From the NCBI GenBank assembly GCA_002774875.1, contig PCYM01000001.1:118153-182152 (forward strand): DNA of 64,000 nt, read 5' to 3'. Source of the stretch: Candidatus Uhrbacteria bacterium CG10_big_fil_rev_8_21_14_0_10_50_16. GTDB lineage: Bacteria; Patescibacteriota; Patescibacteriia; UBA9934; UBA11717. Below the pieces are notes generated by a model. It was not told the origin of the DNA and searched no databases. It saw only the letters and a list, made by a program, of their open reading frames with translations. How positions within the stretch are numbered: position 1 is the stretch's first letter; every line of letters starts with the position of its first letter. Below are positions 41,509 to 51,822 of the stretch, in pieces. The translations under genes were made by a program, and so were the position numbers.

Positions 41509-42963
41509 TTAGCGAGAACCTTGTAGTAAGACAATGGCCATCTCCATACGGCGTAGGGACTCCTCTGCCCCAAGGGCATAAACGAGTTCAAATGGACTTG
41601 GGGAAACCTTATTACCGGACAACGCAATACGCATTGGCCACAAGATTGCGCCAGTTTGTAAATCTTGTGCCTTAATCCATTCCTTCATAGAAAGTTCAAA
41701 TTCAGAAAGGATATGCACATCCCCGTATGATCTCACATAGCCAATAGCTGCTTTAAGCATCTCGGTGGCGTCCTGTGCGTCAGAATCCTTCCAGACCAAT
41801 AGAGCGGCTTCGTAATCTGGAGGAAGAAGAAGGTCGCGCACGCGCTCAACGAGATCGACAAGTGTTACTGCGCGTGTTTTTTCTATCTCAGCAAAACGGT
41901 ATTGTTGAGGTTCCAGGACGAGACCAAAATCCTGCAGGTGCGCAGCGAGCCCTTCCCCACTCATTTGTTGAAGATACTGCTTGTTCATCCAATCAAGTTT
42001 CTCGAAGTTTACAACTGCCCCGCCCTTATTCACCTTTTTAAGGTCGAACGAGTCAATAAGCTCTTTTAAGGAATAGATCTCTCTATCCCCTGTTGGATTA
42101 AATCCAAGTGTTGCAATAAAGTTCACGAGCGTTTCTGCCAGGTAGCCCTTCTCTAGATACTGTTCCGCGCCAACATCTCCTTGTCGTTTGCTCAACTTTG
42201 AGCGATCAGCATTTAATAAGAGTGGTACATGCGCAAAACGAGGCGCCTCCCAACCCAACATCGTATAGAGCATAAGATGTTTGGGTGTTGAAGAAAGCCA
42301 TTCCTCACCACGAATAACGGTCGTAATCTCCATAAGGTGATCATCGACAACAACGGCCAGGTGATACGTTGGAAACCCGTCGGTTTTTAGGAGCACTTGA
42401 TCGTCTATTTCCTTGTGGTCGAACGTAACATCACCACGAATAATGTCGTGAATCACTGTTTTCCCTTCCGGAACGTGGAGTCGGATAACGTGAGGCGTAT
42501 TAACCTTAAGGTGCTGCTCGATCTCTGCATCGGATGCATGGAGACAGTGCCGATCATACTTAGGCTGCTCTTTATTCGCTTGCTGTTCTTTTCGCATGGC
42601 ATCAAGTCGATCACGATCACAGAAGCAACGATAGGCATGACCGTCCGCGATGAGTTGCTGCGCGTATTTTGCGTAAATAGTAAGACGTTTGGATTGTACG
42701 TACGGTCCAAAGTCCCCACGTTCGGAAAGAGAACTCCCTTGTCGGTAGACGCCTTCGTCGGGGTCAAGACCAAGCCTATGTAGGGTATCGATGATATTCT
42801 CAACACCATTTTCCACAGAACGCGCTTGATCTGTGTCCTCAATACGTAATAAAAAATCCCCTCCTGACTGTTTTGCAAGAAAGTAGGCATACAGAGCGGT
42901 ACGAACACCACCAATATGCAAGAGACCCGTTGGGCTTGGAGCGAAGCGTGTACGTTCTTTCAT
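41509..42963 (-). CDS. gltX: glutamyl-tRNA synthetase
   Basis: RFAPSPTGLLHIGG (HIGH) and KLSKRQG (KMSKS). Confidence 0.9.
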   Translation of the reverse strand: MKERTRFAPSPTGLLHIGGVRTALYAYFLAKQSGGDFLLRIEDTDQARSVENGVENIIDTLHRLGLDPDEGVYRQGSSLSERGDFGPYVQSKRLTIYAKYAQQLIADGHAYRCFCDRDRLDAMRKEQQANKEQPKYDRHCLHASDAEIEQHLKVNTPHVIRLHVPEGKTVIHDIIRGDVTFDHKEIDDQVLLKTDGFPTYHLAVVVDDHLMEITTVIRGEEWLSSTPKHLMLYTMLGWEAPRFAHVPLLLNADRSKLSKRQGDVGAEQYLEKGYLAETLVNFIATLGFNPTGDREIYSLKELIDSFDLKKVNKGGAVVNFEKLDWMNKQYLQQMSGEGLAAHLQDFGLVLEPQQYRFAEIEKTRAVTLVDLVERVRDLLLPPDYEAALLVWKDSDAQDATEMLKAAIGYVRSYGDVHILSEFELSMKEWIKAQDLQTGAILWPMRIALSGNKVSPSPFELVYALGAEESLRRMEMAIVLLQGSR

Positions 42964-42999
42964 AGGGTTTCAACGAGTCAAATACAATTAAACATGGGC

Positions 43000-43779
43000 C
43001 TAGCGATCGCCCCTGGTCGCTGTAAGTCTATCCAAAATAGCAGCGATTGGAAAGCGGATAACTGCGTCGTAAATTCGATGAATACGGCTAGGTTGTCGCA
43101 AAACGCGCCAAAGCCACTCTAAACCAATCGCACGCATCCAAATTGGTGCTCGCATTATACGGCCGGAAATCATGTCGACAGCACCGCCTACACCGATTGC
43201 GACACGTACGGAGGGAAACTGTGGCGCGTGGTCTACGATCCATCGTTCCTGTCGCGAATATCCGGCTCCACCAAGGGCGATTGCGAGTACGTCTGGAGCG
43301 AGTTGTTGAACACGAGACAGTAAGTCGCCTGGTTGATTCCACTCGTCCAAGTCCCAGTGAATACGCATATCGCTCAAGGAAGAGACGCGTAGCCCTGGAA
43401 ACGCTGTTTCTAGGATCGTACTTGCGCGTGCGGAGTCTTCTCCCCAACCGCCAATAATAAGGAGATGCATGTTTCGCTGACCTGCGAGCCGACAAATATC
43501 AAGCAATACGTCTACTCCCGGAAAACGTCGCAATGTCCCCTGCCCCGTGAGACGAGATAATAGTGACAGACCAAATCCATCTGGGATGCGCATATGCATT
43601 CGACGAAGAATACGAGCAATGTCCTCGTCCTGATGGGCTGCGAGCAACATCTCTGGGTTTGGTGTAGCGATGAGTACTTGTCCTAGCTCGTCGAGTGCTT
43701 GTGACAAACGCAATTCGAGCGTCCGTTGTGTGAGGCGATCAATAGGTATATCGAAAAAATCTATCTGTGCTGTGTTCAT
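43000..43779 (-). CDS. WecB/TagA/CpsF-family glycosyltransferase
   Basis: Characteristic TagA/WecG pattern (IGVGGAVDMISG..APIWM..GLEWLWR). Confidence 0.8.
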   Translation of the reverse strand: MNTAQIDFFDIPIDRLTQRTLELRLSQALDELGQVLIATPNPEMLLAAHQDEDIARILRRMHMRIPDGFGLSLLSRLTGQGTLRRFPGVDVLLDICRLAGQRNMHLLIIGGWGEDSARASTILETAFPGLRVSSLSDMRIHWDLDEWNQPGDLLSRVQQLAPDVLAIALGGAGYSRQERWIVDHAPQFPSVRVAIGVGGAVDMISGRIMRAPIWMRAIGLEWLWRVLRQPSRIHRIYDAVIRFPIAAILDRLTATRGDR

Positions 43780-44330
43780 GATTGCTGAAGGTCTATCGTT
43801 GCAAGAGGGACGTATCTTACCTCAGGACCAGGGATGGATTCAAATAACGTGAGAGAATGCGCCCAAAAGGTGAATTGTGGGCTGTGGATGGTTTTAAGAT
43901 CAAGTGCGAATGGACGTGTTTCGGAGCGCATGCGAGCAAGTGTGATGTGGGGTCTCCAAGGCCGGACTACTGCGGACAGGCTAAGATCGTTTAAAACAAA
44001 AGAAAGCGCTGTGTAGGTTTGAAACGCGGCAGACGTAAGATCGGCAAGTCTCATTGTGAGAGAGAATGGTGTGTTTGTGTGCGGCAGGAGCTCCAATGAC
44101 CACGTTGTAAATGAGATCGGAGGTAGCTGTAACATTTGCAAGGCCTGTACGAGTTGCGTTGTAGAATCTTCACTTACGTCTCCGAGATATTGAAGCGTGA
44201 TGTGGAATTGCTGTTCTGGTACCCAACACACGCGTTCGTCTCGTATTGCTCGCCTAAGCGTTTCTTGAATAACCCGAAAAGATGGAATTGCAGACTCCCC
44301 GATGTTGAGGGCTAGGAATAGTCGAGCCAT
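43776..44330 (-). CDS. thpR: RNA 2',3'-cyclic phosphodiesterase / 2'-5' RNA ligase family (LigT/ThpR)
   Basis: Two HxTxxx motifs (HITLQYLG, HITLARM) in a ~184-aa protein. Confidence 0.8.
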   Translation of the reverse strand: MARLFLALNIGESAIPSFRVIQETLRRAIRDERVCWVPEQQFHITLQYLGDVSEDSTTQLVQALQMLQLPPISFTTWSLELLPHTNTPFSLTMRLADLTSAAFQTYTALSFVLNDLSLSAVVRPWRPHITLARMRSETRPFALDLKTIHSPQFTFWAHSLTLFESIPGPEVRYVPLATIDLQQS

Positions 44331-44439
44331 AAGCAGAAGTGATTATCTCCATAGTAGCCGCAAAAGGGACGATTTGTCCACACGAATGCTTGACGAAACC
44401 AGACTAGCAGTCTAGAATTGAGAGTGCTAATTACACGCC

Positions 44440-47106
44440 ATGCTACCAAATAATTTCACAACAAAATCCCAGGAAGCGATTCAACGTGCGCATGCGTTTG
44501 CCGTGGAACAAGGACAACAGCAATTGGAGCCGTTGCATTTGTTTTATGCGCTTGTTTCTAACGGTGATAGCGTTGTTGTATCGTTGTTGCAAAAACTCGG
44601 ATGCGATTTATCACTTATCCGCGCAGACATTGAGCGAGAGCTTAAGGCCCTTCCCCGTGTTACAGCACCACACGCGCCCCAAGGCCAGGTATTTTTGGCG
44701 GAAGCGCTTGCACGTACGTTTCAAAACGCAGAACAGGCGGCCCGAGAATTTGGCGACGCCTATATTTCTACCGAGCATCTCTTTCTTGGGTTGATTGCGT
44801 CAAGTAAAGCGGTTGGTCGTATTTTGACGGCGCAAGGGGTGACGGACGCGTCTGTTTTTGAAACATTAAAAGCGCTGCGTGGAACCACGAAGATTGATTC
44901 GCCAGACGCAGAGGCGGGTGTAGATGCGCTAGAAAAATATACCATCAACCTCACGGATCTTGCTCGGGAGGAAAAATTAGATCCCGTGATTGGCCGCGAT
45001 GAAGAGATTCGACGCGTTATGCAGGTATTGTCACGTCGTATCAAAAATAATCCGGTGCTCATTGGAGAAGCAGGAACCGGAAAAACGGCCATCGTAGAGG
45101 CACTCGCACAACGCATTATTGCAAACGATGTTCCAGAAAGCCTTGCAGGGAAGGAATTGATCAGTTTAGACATTGGCGCACTTGTTGCGGGAACCAAGTA
45201 TCGAGGAGAGTTTGAAGATCGATTAAAGTCGATTATCCGAGAAATTGACGACGCGTCCGGCAAGTATATTTTGTTTGTCGATGAGCTACATACTCTTGTG
45301 GGTGCTGGCGCCTCTGGCGAAGGTGGTGGATTAGACGCTGCAAATATTCTCAAACCCGCACTCGCACGCGGCCAACTTAAGGCGGTTGGTGCAACAACGC
45401 TGAAGGAGTATCAAAAATACATCGAGAAAGACCCAGCACTTGAGCGTCGATTCCAGCCAATCATGGTAGAGGAACCGGATCGTGAAGATGCGATTGCTAT
45501 TTTGCGTGGTATTAAGGATAAGTATGAGCTCCATCATGGAATTCGTATTACAGACGCGGCGATCGTGTCGGCGGTTGATTTGTCGCAGCGCTATATTACA
45601 GATCGATTTTTGCCAGATAAAGCTGTTGATTTGATCGACGAGGCAGGTTCTGCTCTTCGTATGGATATCGACAGCATGCCGGAGGAGTTGAATACACTCA
45701 AAAATGACATGAAGCGTTTGGAGATTGAGAAGGCGGCATTGGAGTTGGAGAGTGATAAAAAAGCCAAGGAACGGCTCGGGATTGTGGATAAAGAGATCAA
45801 CGAGCTTGCGGAAAGTGTGAATGAACTTGAATTGCGTTGGACGGCGGAGAAGGATCAGATTACATCTATTCGTGATTTGTCTAAGCGTATCGATGCATTG
45901 CGCGCCGAGGCGGAGATTGAGGAACGTCGAGGCGATTTGCAAAAAGTGGCCGAGATTCGCTATGGTCGCATTCCGGAACTTGAGAAAGAAATGTATGAGC
46001 ACCAGGAGCGTCTTAAGCTATTGCAAACAGAGCGCGGGCTGCTTAAAGAGGAAGTAACAGAGGAAGATGTTGCACGCGTTGTGTCAAACTGGACGGGCGT
46101 ACCTGTATCAAAAATGCTCAAAAGCGAAATGGAAAAGCTCTCCAACATGGAGGATAACCTGGCACATCGTGTGATTGGTCAGGGTGAGGCGGTGCATGCA
46201 GTCTCTAACGCATTGCGACGATCCCGTGCGGGAATCTCCGAGGAAAATAGGCCTATTGGAAGTTTTATCTTTTTGGGGCCGACGGGTGTTGGAAAAACGG
46301 AGCTGGCTAAGGCGCTTGCCGAGTTTATGTTTGACGACGAGTCGAGCATTGTACGCGTAGACATGTCGGAGTACATGGAGAAGCACTCCATCTCTAAGAT
46401 GATTGGATCGCCTCCAGGGTATGTTGGACATGATGAATCTGGTCAGCTCACGGAGAAAATTCGTCGACACCCCTACTCTGTTGTGCTGTTTGATGAGATT
46501 GAGAAAGCTCATCCGGACGTTTTTAATATCATGTTGCAAATTTTGGATGATGGGCATGTAACGGACACCAAGGGGCGAAAGATCAACTTCAAAAACACCG
46601 TGATTGTCATGACGTCCAACATTGGATCAGACATTATTCTCGATTCCGGTACGCGTAGCACGATTGGCTTTAACGGAGAGAGCGACACAGTGGCAGATAC
46701 GGCAACGTCACGTCAGGACACGGAATTGCACGAAAAAATCATGCACCTTATAAAACAGCAGTTCCGACCAGAATTTCTCAACCGAATCGACGACATTATT
46801 ATTTTCCACTCACTCGGGAAAAAGGAGATTCGTAAAATCGTGGATCTGCAGGTTGCGCGCGTCGCAGAACGTGTAGAGTTACAGGGGCTGACGTTGGAAG
46901 TGAGCGATAAGGCAAAGACTTATTTGGCGGATGCAGGTTATGACCCGCTCTACGGTGCACGTCCGCTCAAACGCGTGATTCAAGACCAGATCCTAAACCC
47001 CCTCTCTATGATGATTATCAATCAGGAGGTAGAAGAAGATCACACTATTAAAATAGACGTTAAAACCAACGCACTATCATTCACGGTAACAAAAAAGAAG
47101 GCCTGA
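44440..47106 (+). CDS. clpB: ATP-dependent chaperone ClpB
   Basis: Two AAA+ modules ([16 protein letters not shown]), long middle coiled coil, 888 aa. Confidence 0.95.
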   Translation: MLPNNFTTKSQEAIQRAHAFAVEQGQQQLEPLHLFYALVSNGDSVVVSLLQKLGCDLSLIRADIERELKALPRVTAPHAPQGQVFLAEALARTFQNAEQAAREFGDAYISTEHLFLGLIASSKAVGRILTAQGVTDASVFETLKALRGTTKIDSPDAEAGVDALEKYTINLTDLAREEKLDPVIGRDEEIRRVMQVLSRRIKNNPVLIGEAGTGKTAIVEALAQRIIANDVPESLAGKELISLDIGALVAGTKYRGEFEDRLKSIIREIDDASGKYILFVDELHTLVGAGASGEGGGLDAANILKPALARGQLKAVGATTLKEYQKYIEKDPALERRFQPIMVEEPDREDAIAILRGIKDKYELHHGIRITDAAIVSAVDLSQRYITDRFLPDKAVDLIDEAGSALRMDIDSMPEELNTLKNDMKRLEIEKAALELESDKKAKERLGIVDKEINELAESVNELELRWTAEKDQITSIRDLSKRIDALRAEAEIEERRGDLQKVAEIRYGRIPELEKEMYEHQERLKLLQTERGLLKEEVTEEDVARVVSNWTGVPVSKMLKSEMEKLSNMEDNLAHRVIGQGEAVHAVSNALRRSRAGISEENRPIGSFIFLGPTGVGKTELAKALAEFMFDDESSIVRVDMSEYMEKHSISKMIGSPPGYVGHDESGQLTEKIRRHPYSVVLFDEIEKAHPDVFNIMLQILDDGHVTDTKGRKINFKNTVIVMTSNIGSDIILDSGTRSTIGFNGESDTVADTATSRQDTELHEKIMHLIKQQFRPEFLNRIDDIIIFHSLGKKEIRKIVDLQVARVAERVELQGLTLEVSDKAKTYLADAGYDPLYGARPLKRVIQDQILNPLSMMIINQEVEEDHTIKIDVKTNALSFTVTKKKA

Positions 47107-47124
47107 GAGCCTTCTTTTGCTATC
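47098..47124. terminator. bidirectional terminator gaaggc-ctgaga-gccttc plus T-run
   Basis: 6-bp stem overlapping the clpB stop; serves the convergent mazG-like gene as well. Confidence 0.5.
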
Positions 47125-47464
47125 GATTATCTCCGTTTCCATGCAAGACGCCGCGATCTTTGCGGGAGAGAAGTTTTTGTAAATTACGGTCGGCGAGTTC
47201 GTCTAATGTTATGTTGAGCTCCGTGGCTAGGTTAGAAATGTACCAAAGGACGTCTCCCAGTTCCTTTACGATTTCTTGTTGCTGTTCGTCCGTCATCTCT
47301 TCCCCGCCTCTGAGGATTTTTTTTACCTTTTCTGCCACCTCACCCGCTTCTCCTACGAGGCCGAGGGTTGGGTAGACGTAATTTGATCCTAAATCAGGGT
47401 AAATGGCCGTTGTGCGCGCTGTTGTTTGATAATCGTTGAATGTCATAGTAGGGGCAGTATACAC
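47120..47464 (-). CDS. MazG-like all-alpha nucleoside triphosphate pyrophosphohydrolase
   Basis: 114 aa; EAGEVAE..LGDVLWY pattern typical of the MazG/NTP-PPase fold. Confidence 0.65.
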   Translation of the reverse strand: MYTAPTMTFNDYQTTARTTAIYPDLGSNYVYPTLGLVGEAGEVAEKVKKILRGGEEMTDEQQQEIVKELGDVLWYISNLATELNITLDELADRNLQKLLSRKDRGVLHGNGDNR

Positions 47465-47502
47465 CCAAACGTGGAGAAAAAAATTGTGCGCCGAGCAGAG
47501 GC

Positions 47503-47913
47503 TCAGCGCAGGTCGTGTACTTCCAGCTTCATGGTGAGGCCGATCACCTCTCCAAGAGCTTTGAGTTGTGCAAAAAGCCCCAGTAGATCAATCTCGCCAC
47601 GCACGAATTCCAGGATGATCCTGTGGACGTTCTTGTACCAGTCGTTCAGGGTTCCGTCGTCCGGCAGCTTGAACGTGTCCCGGAACGCCGTCCACTGCCC
47701 CGCGGCGTCCTTGAAGAACTTGCGAGTGCCGTGCTGTTCTGGCCCGTAAGCCAGCATCCCTAGCTGCGCCGTGAGCCGACCCTGGACCGTGAGCGGATCA
47801 ATACAGTCCGATCGGAAATCGCGGGCCAGAGAGACCTCTCCCGGCTTGTCCATGCACAACATGAGCTGACGTCCGTTCCCATCCCATATCCGAATTACTG
47901 ACGTTGGTGGCAT
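47503..47913 (-). CDS. hypothetical protein, G+C-rich orphan (136 aa)
   Basis: ATG at 47913 preceded by AGGAGG (5-nt spacing); composition visibly G+C-richer than neighbours; the longer 171-aa ORF start is not favoured. Confidence 0.45.
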   Translation of the reverse strand: MPPTSVIRIWDGNGRQLMLCMDKPGEVSLARDFRSDCIDPLTVQGRLTAQLGMLAYGPEQHGTRKFFKDAAGQWTAFRDTFKLPDDGTLNDWYKNVHRIILEFVRGEIDLLGLFAQLKALGEVIGLTMKLEVHDLR

Positions 47914-48009
47914 GCGCACCTCCTTCTGCCCTAACGTATGCGATTTCCTCCCACTTGTCAATAAACGTTCGTTCTTTCTTGCAAATTTGATATCTGGTAG
48001 AATAACGCC

Positions 48010-49407
48010 ATGAGCCAATCCAAAGAGAAGAAATCTTTTAGAACACTCGGGGTCTTATGTGCGATCCTGCTCACGCCTGTATTAAGCGTGTCTGCAGCCG
48101 AGTTTGATCCCAATTTTATTATTTCCGATCGTGACATGACCAATAAGAGTGTTATGTCGTTAGACGCCGTGCAAGCATTTTTAGTAGACAAACGTGGTGC
48201 GCTTGGAAGCTATGTCGCCCAAGATTTGGACGGCGTTTCTAAACGCGCGTCAGATATTATTTATCGCGTGTCACAAGAATTTTTGTTGAATCCACGCTTT
48301 TTGCTCGTCATGCTGCAAAAGGAGCAATCACTTGTGACGGATCCCACGCCGAAACAAGGTCAATACGATTGGGCTACAGGGTATGCCGTGTGTGACGCGT
48401 GTAATGTAAATGCGAGCGGTGTCTCTCGCTACAAGGGATTTGCAAAGCAAGTAGACAGTATGGCGCAACAGTTTCGACTAGGGTATTTACCTGCGTTGGA
48501 GGAGCTCGGCGAAACACAGACACGATTAGCACCTGGCCGTGAGACAACAATCGACGGTCGCACAGTCACTCCGGTCAACAACGCCACTGCGGCTCTCTAT
48601 ACCTATACGCCTCATATTGAGGGAAACCAAAACTTTTGGCGGATTTGGAACACGTGGTTTGATACGGCGGATTATCCGTCCGGTACACTGTTGCGAGATA
48701 TTCAGGATGGATCAATATGGTTGATTAAGTTCGGCCGACGTCGACACATTGCAAGTCAGGCCATTTTAGCGTCGTTTTACGATCCGGCCTCCGTGATCGA
48801 GGTGGATCACGGTACGATTTTGGCGTACGAGGAAGGTAAGGCAATTGCGTTCCCAAATTACTCACTGGTGCGTGTTGAAACGGGTGATGTCTATTTGCTC
48901 GTTAATGATTCAAAACGACGGTTTATCTCACTGAGCGATATTGCGCGATTTGGCTATGCACCAGAGGAAGTAATTGACGCACAGGAGGCGGACCTTGCGG
49001 ATTATCAAATGGGCACATCTATCTCTTACGACACGGCGTATCCGCAAGGGGCCGTGTTACAACATCCGGAAACAAAATCCCTTTTCTATGTATTGAACGG
49101 TGTCCGTCATGCCATTGTATCCGAGGATATCCTTAAAGCACGCTATGCGAGCTGGCGTGTACGTCCATCAACGATTGAGGAACTTGCAAGTTATTCGGAG
49201 GGCGCGGCTATTACATTTCCCGATGGCACACTGGTGATGGTAGACGGTAACCCAACGGTATATGTGATCTCAGACGGCAAGCGCCGACCAATCATTAGTG
49301 AGGACACGTTCTTGGGGCTTGGCTACAAGTGGGAACATATTATTCGAACAACACCCGCTTCCGTAGAGGTACATGCGCCGGGAATGTTACTTAGTATTAC
49401 GCAGTAG
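48010..49407 (+). CDS. secreted protein with an N-terminal domain and four tandem ~60-65-aa repeats
   Basis: Signal peptide; repeats carry the motif G.(V/I)(Y/W)L(I/V)..G.RR.I(S/A)...(I/F)...GY. Confidence 0.5.
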   Translation: MSQSKEKKSFRTLGVLCAILLTPVLSVSAAEFDPNFIISDRDMTNKSVMSLDAVQAFLVDKRGALGSYVAQDLDGVSKRASDIIYRVSQEFLLNPRFLLVMLQKEQSLVTDPTPKQGQYDWATGYAVCDACNVNASGVSRYKGFAKQVDSMAQQFRLGYLPALEELGETQTRLAPGRETTIDGRTVTPVNNATAALYTYTPHIEGNQNFWRIWNTWFDTADYPSGTLLRDIQDGSIWLIKFGRRRHIASQAILASFYDPASVIEVDHGTILAYEEGKAIAFPNYSLVRVETGDVYLLVNDSKRRFISLSDIARFGYAPEEVIDAQEADLADYQMGTSISYDTAYPQGAVLQHPETKSLFYVLNGVRHAIVSEDILKARYASWRVRPSTIEELASYSEGAAITFPDGTLVMVDGNPTVYVISDGKRRPIISEDTFLGLGYKWEHIIRTTPASVEVHAPGMLLSITQ

Positions 49408-49408
49408 T

Positions 49409-50200
49409 ATGTTGAATTACGCAGCCATTATTCCCCACCCACCCTTTGCCATTGAGGGGTTAAAACAAAGTCAAACGGATGTTTTGAAGGATACGATTCA
49501 TGCCATTAAGTCAGTTGGAGAGGATCTAATGGCACTCAATATCGACACCCTTGTTTTATTAACGATTCATGGTGAACGCTATGAGCGGGCGCTTGGTATC
49601 GCATTGCATGACCCAAACGTTGCAAGTTTAAAGGAGTTTGGCGACCTGCGGGACGATGTTATTTTTCCGCCAGACATGCGCCTTGCCGACAAGATCCAAC
49701 GCGCCGTTCGCCATTCGGATTACCACTCCACAATGACCACAAACGAGACACTCGACCATGCTACATCCGTGCCACTCGTGTTGTTAAAGGAGTACGTCCA
49801 GGGCATGCGTGTTTTGCCGCTCACGGCTCCGGTAGATGAACCGCGTGCGATCGTTGGGTTAGGCGAGGTGATTCGACGTGCGATTGATGACAGCACAAAA
49901 CGTGTGGCCGTGTTGGCGGTGGCGGAGCTCTCTCAGCGTTTGTCGGAGCTTTCCCTTGGTGGAGTTCATCCGCATGCAGCGATGTTTGATGAATCTATTC
50001 GAACCGCGCTGGTTGATGGCAACTCTCTTCCCTTGTTAAAACCAACAACAAAAGAACTGGAGGAAATTGGCGGACAAGAACTTGATGCCATTCGCTTGTT
50101 CTGGGGGATCCTTGATACAACCGAATGTCGTTTTGAAGAGCGTGCCTACGAGCACCCACTTGGGGTTGGATACCTCACAATAGTTGCACACATAAAATAG
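49409..50200 (+). CDS. LigB-type extradiol dioxygenase / MEMO1-like family protein (tentative)
   Basis: YAAIIPHPP N-terminal motif and overall class-III dioxygenase-like pattern; weak. Confidence 0.4.
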   Translation: MLNYAAIIPHPPFAIEGLKQSQTDVLKDTIHAIKSVGEDLMALNIDTLVLLTIHGERYERALGIALHDPNVASLKEFGDLRDDVIFPPDMRLADKIQRAVRHSDYHSTMTTNETLDHATSVPLVLLKEYVQGMRVLPLTAPVDEPRAIVGLGEVIRRAIDDSTKRVAVLAVAELSQRLSELSLGGVHPHAAMFDESIRTALVDGNSLPLLKPTTKELEEIGGQELDAIRLFWGILDTTECRFEERAYEHPLGVGYLTIVAHIK

Positions 50201-50206
50201 TCCAGA

Positions 50207-51814
50207 ATGTACTGTAAGGTCGCACCAATCCGTCGGTTTCCGCGCTCCGTGGAGCCCTATGACTATCAAATTCCGGAGGATCTCACGGTGGACGTGGGAT
50301 CTTTTGTTGAGGTTCCGTTGCGCAATACGCCCGTGATCGGTATTGTGACGGCTATCATGGACGTGTCCGAGTTTTCTCGTGTGGCTTTTTTAACAAAAAT
50401 TTTATCGATCCCTGCTCTCTCCACAGAAGACGTGCATTTTTATCAACGCCTTGCCGTTCGCACGTATCAATCACTATCAAGTATTTTGTTTGCCGCTATC
50501 CCTTTGCCACCCAAACGCTTTATTCACAAATCGCGGCCGGTGATTGAAAGGGGTTCGTTTGGTATTACGCCACAAGAGGCATTGACTCTCAAGACCTGTC
50601 TCACGACGGTAACTGAGTCTCATCATTCCTGTCTTTGCCTGCCAAACGATCGAGTAGGGCTAGGGCTTGTGCTCGCACTTTTAAAAACAACGACGGATCC
50701 ACTTTTTGTATTGGTGCCGGATGTTCACATGGCCGAAGCGGTGTTGCGTGTCGGTACAATCGTTACAGAAGACTGTAAATTGTTTCTCGCCAAACAATCT
50801 AAGACGGAGGCCTATGAGTCTTGGTGCGCTCTGCGTGAAGGAACCTGTCGACTGATTATTTCTACGCGGTCCGGCGCACTCGTTCCCCCGCACGCGTCGA
50901 CGCGTATTGTTATGTTAGGGTCGGGTGAAGATGATTTTGCACAGTGGGATCAAAATCCGCATTATGATGCGCGATGGTGTCTTGCGACGAGACGCGATAC
51001 ACATAGTAACGCCACCGTAGAGATAGACGTGTTCCCTCGCGTGGAGGACGGAGATGTTACGCTTGATGTTTGGAAGACGCCAGATGTACAGATTGTTGAT
51101 ATGCAGACAGGTGCGCGCTTGTCGGACCATTATTTGCTATCCATCGAGGCCTTGACGCTCATTCGCACAACGGACACGACAAATGCCCCTCTCGTTATTT
51201 TTTACAATCGACTACAACGTGCCGATAATGACGCTTATGTTGGTGTAGAGGCACTCGCACAGTTGGTTCGCAAAGAATTTCCAGATAAGTTTGTGCACGT
51301 AGTCAACGCACAGACGAATATCCCGGCAAATGGAATCGTGATCGTTACACGGACATTATTGTTTCAATGGGATTATTTGGAACCGCATATGGCGGGACTT
51401 ATTGTGTTGCGTCCTGAGCATAATCTTATTTATCGTGGGTTTCGATCCTTAGAACAGGCCACGCGGGAGTTACGTCGATTGGTCTCCTTTGCGGCGTCGG
51501 CGCATGCTCCTTGTCTGATTCAGGCTCGTGAGCCACACGTAGTGGAGGAAATGTTAGGTCCCACAACGGTGATTCGATCGGAAGAGCTGCATATGCGAAA
51601 AACTCTGCACTATCCTCCTTTTGGCGACTTCCATGTGGTGCGTGCAAAGGATCAAGGCTCGCGCGAACTAATTGAATCCTACCGTGTGCAGCACGCAGGT
51701 GCCGGTTCTGGGCAAGAGTTAGTGTTGCGAACTGAACCAAACGGGTACATCCCGGAATGGTTGACATGGCCGCCATCTTGCGATATGTTCGTTTCTCCTG
51801 ATAGCATGGAGTAA
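50207..51814 (+). CDS. PriA-like primosomal protein lacking helicase catalytic motifs
   Basis: N-terminal 3'-DNA-binding-domain pattern (RSVEPYDYQIPEDLTVDVGSFVEVPLRNTPVIGIV); PriA-like LVLVPDVHMAEAV and TRSGALVPP; C-terminal YPPFGDF; no Walker A; DEEHD replaced by GSGEDD; no Cys4 zinc cluster; conserved priA-def-fmt order. Confidence 0.55.
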   Translation: MYCKVAPIRRFPRSVEPYDYQIPEDLTVDVGSFVEVPLRNTPVIGIVTAIMDVSEFSRVAFLTKILSIPALSTEDVHFYQRLAVRTYQSLSSILFAAIPLPPKRFIHKSRPVIERGSFGITPQEALTLKTCLTTVTESHHSCLCLPNDRVGLGLVLALLKTTTDPLFVLVPDVHMAEAVLRVGTIVTEDCKLFLAKQSKTEAYESWCALREGTCRLIISTRSGALVPPHASTRIVMLGSGEDDFAQWDQNPHYDARWCLATRRDTHSNATVEIDVFPRVEDGDVTLDVWKTPDVQIVDMQTGARLSDHYLLSIEALTLIRTTDTTNAPLVIFYNRLQRADNDAYVGVEALAQLVRKEFPDKFVHVVNAQTNIPANGIVIVTRTLLFQWDYLEPHMAGLIVLRPEHNLIYRGFRSLEQATRELRRLVSFAASAHAPCLIQAREPHVVEEMLGPTTVIRSEELHMRKTLHYPPFGDFHVVRAKDQGSRELIESYRVQHAGAGSGQELVLRTEPNGYIPEWLTWPPSCDMFVSPDSME

Positions 51815-51822
51815 AAGAGATA

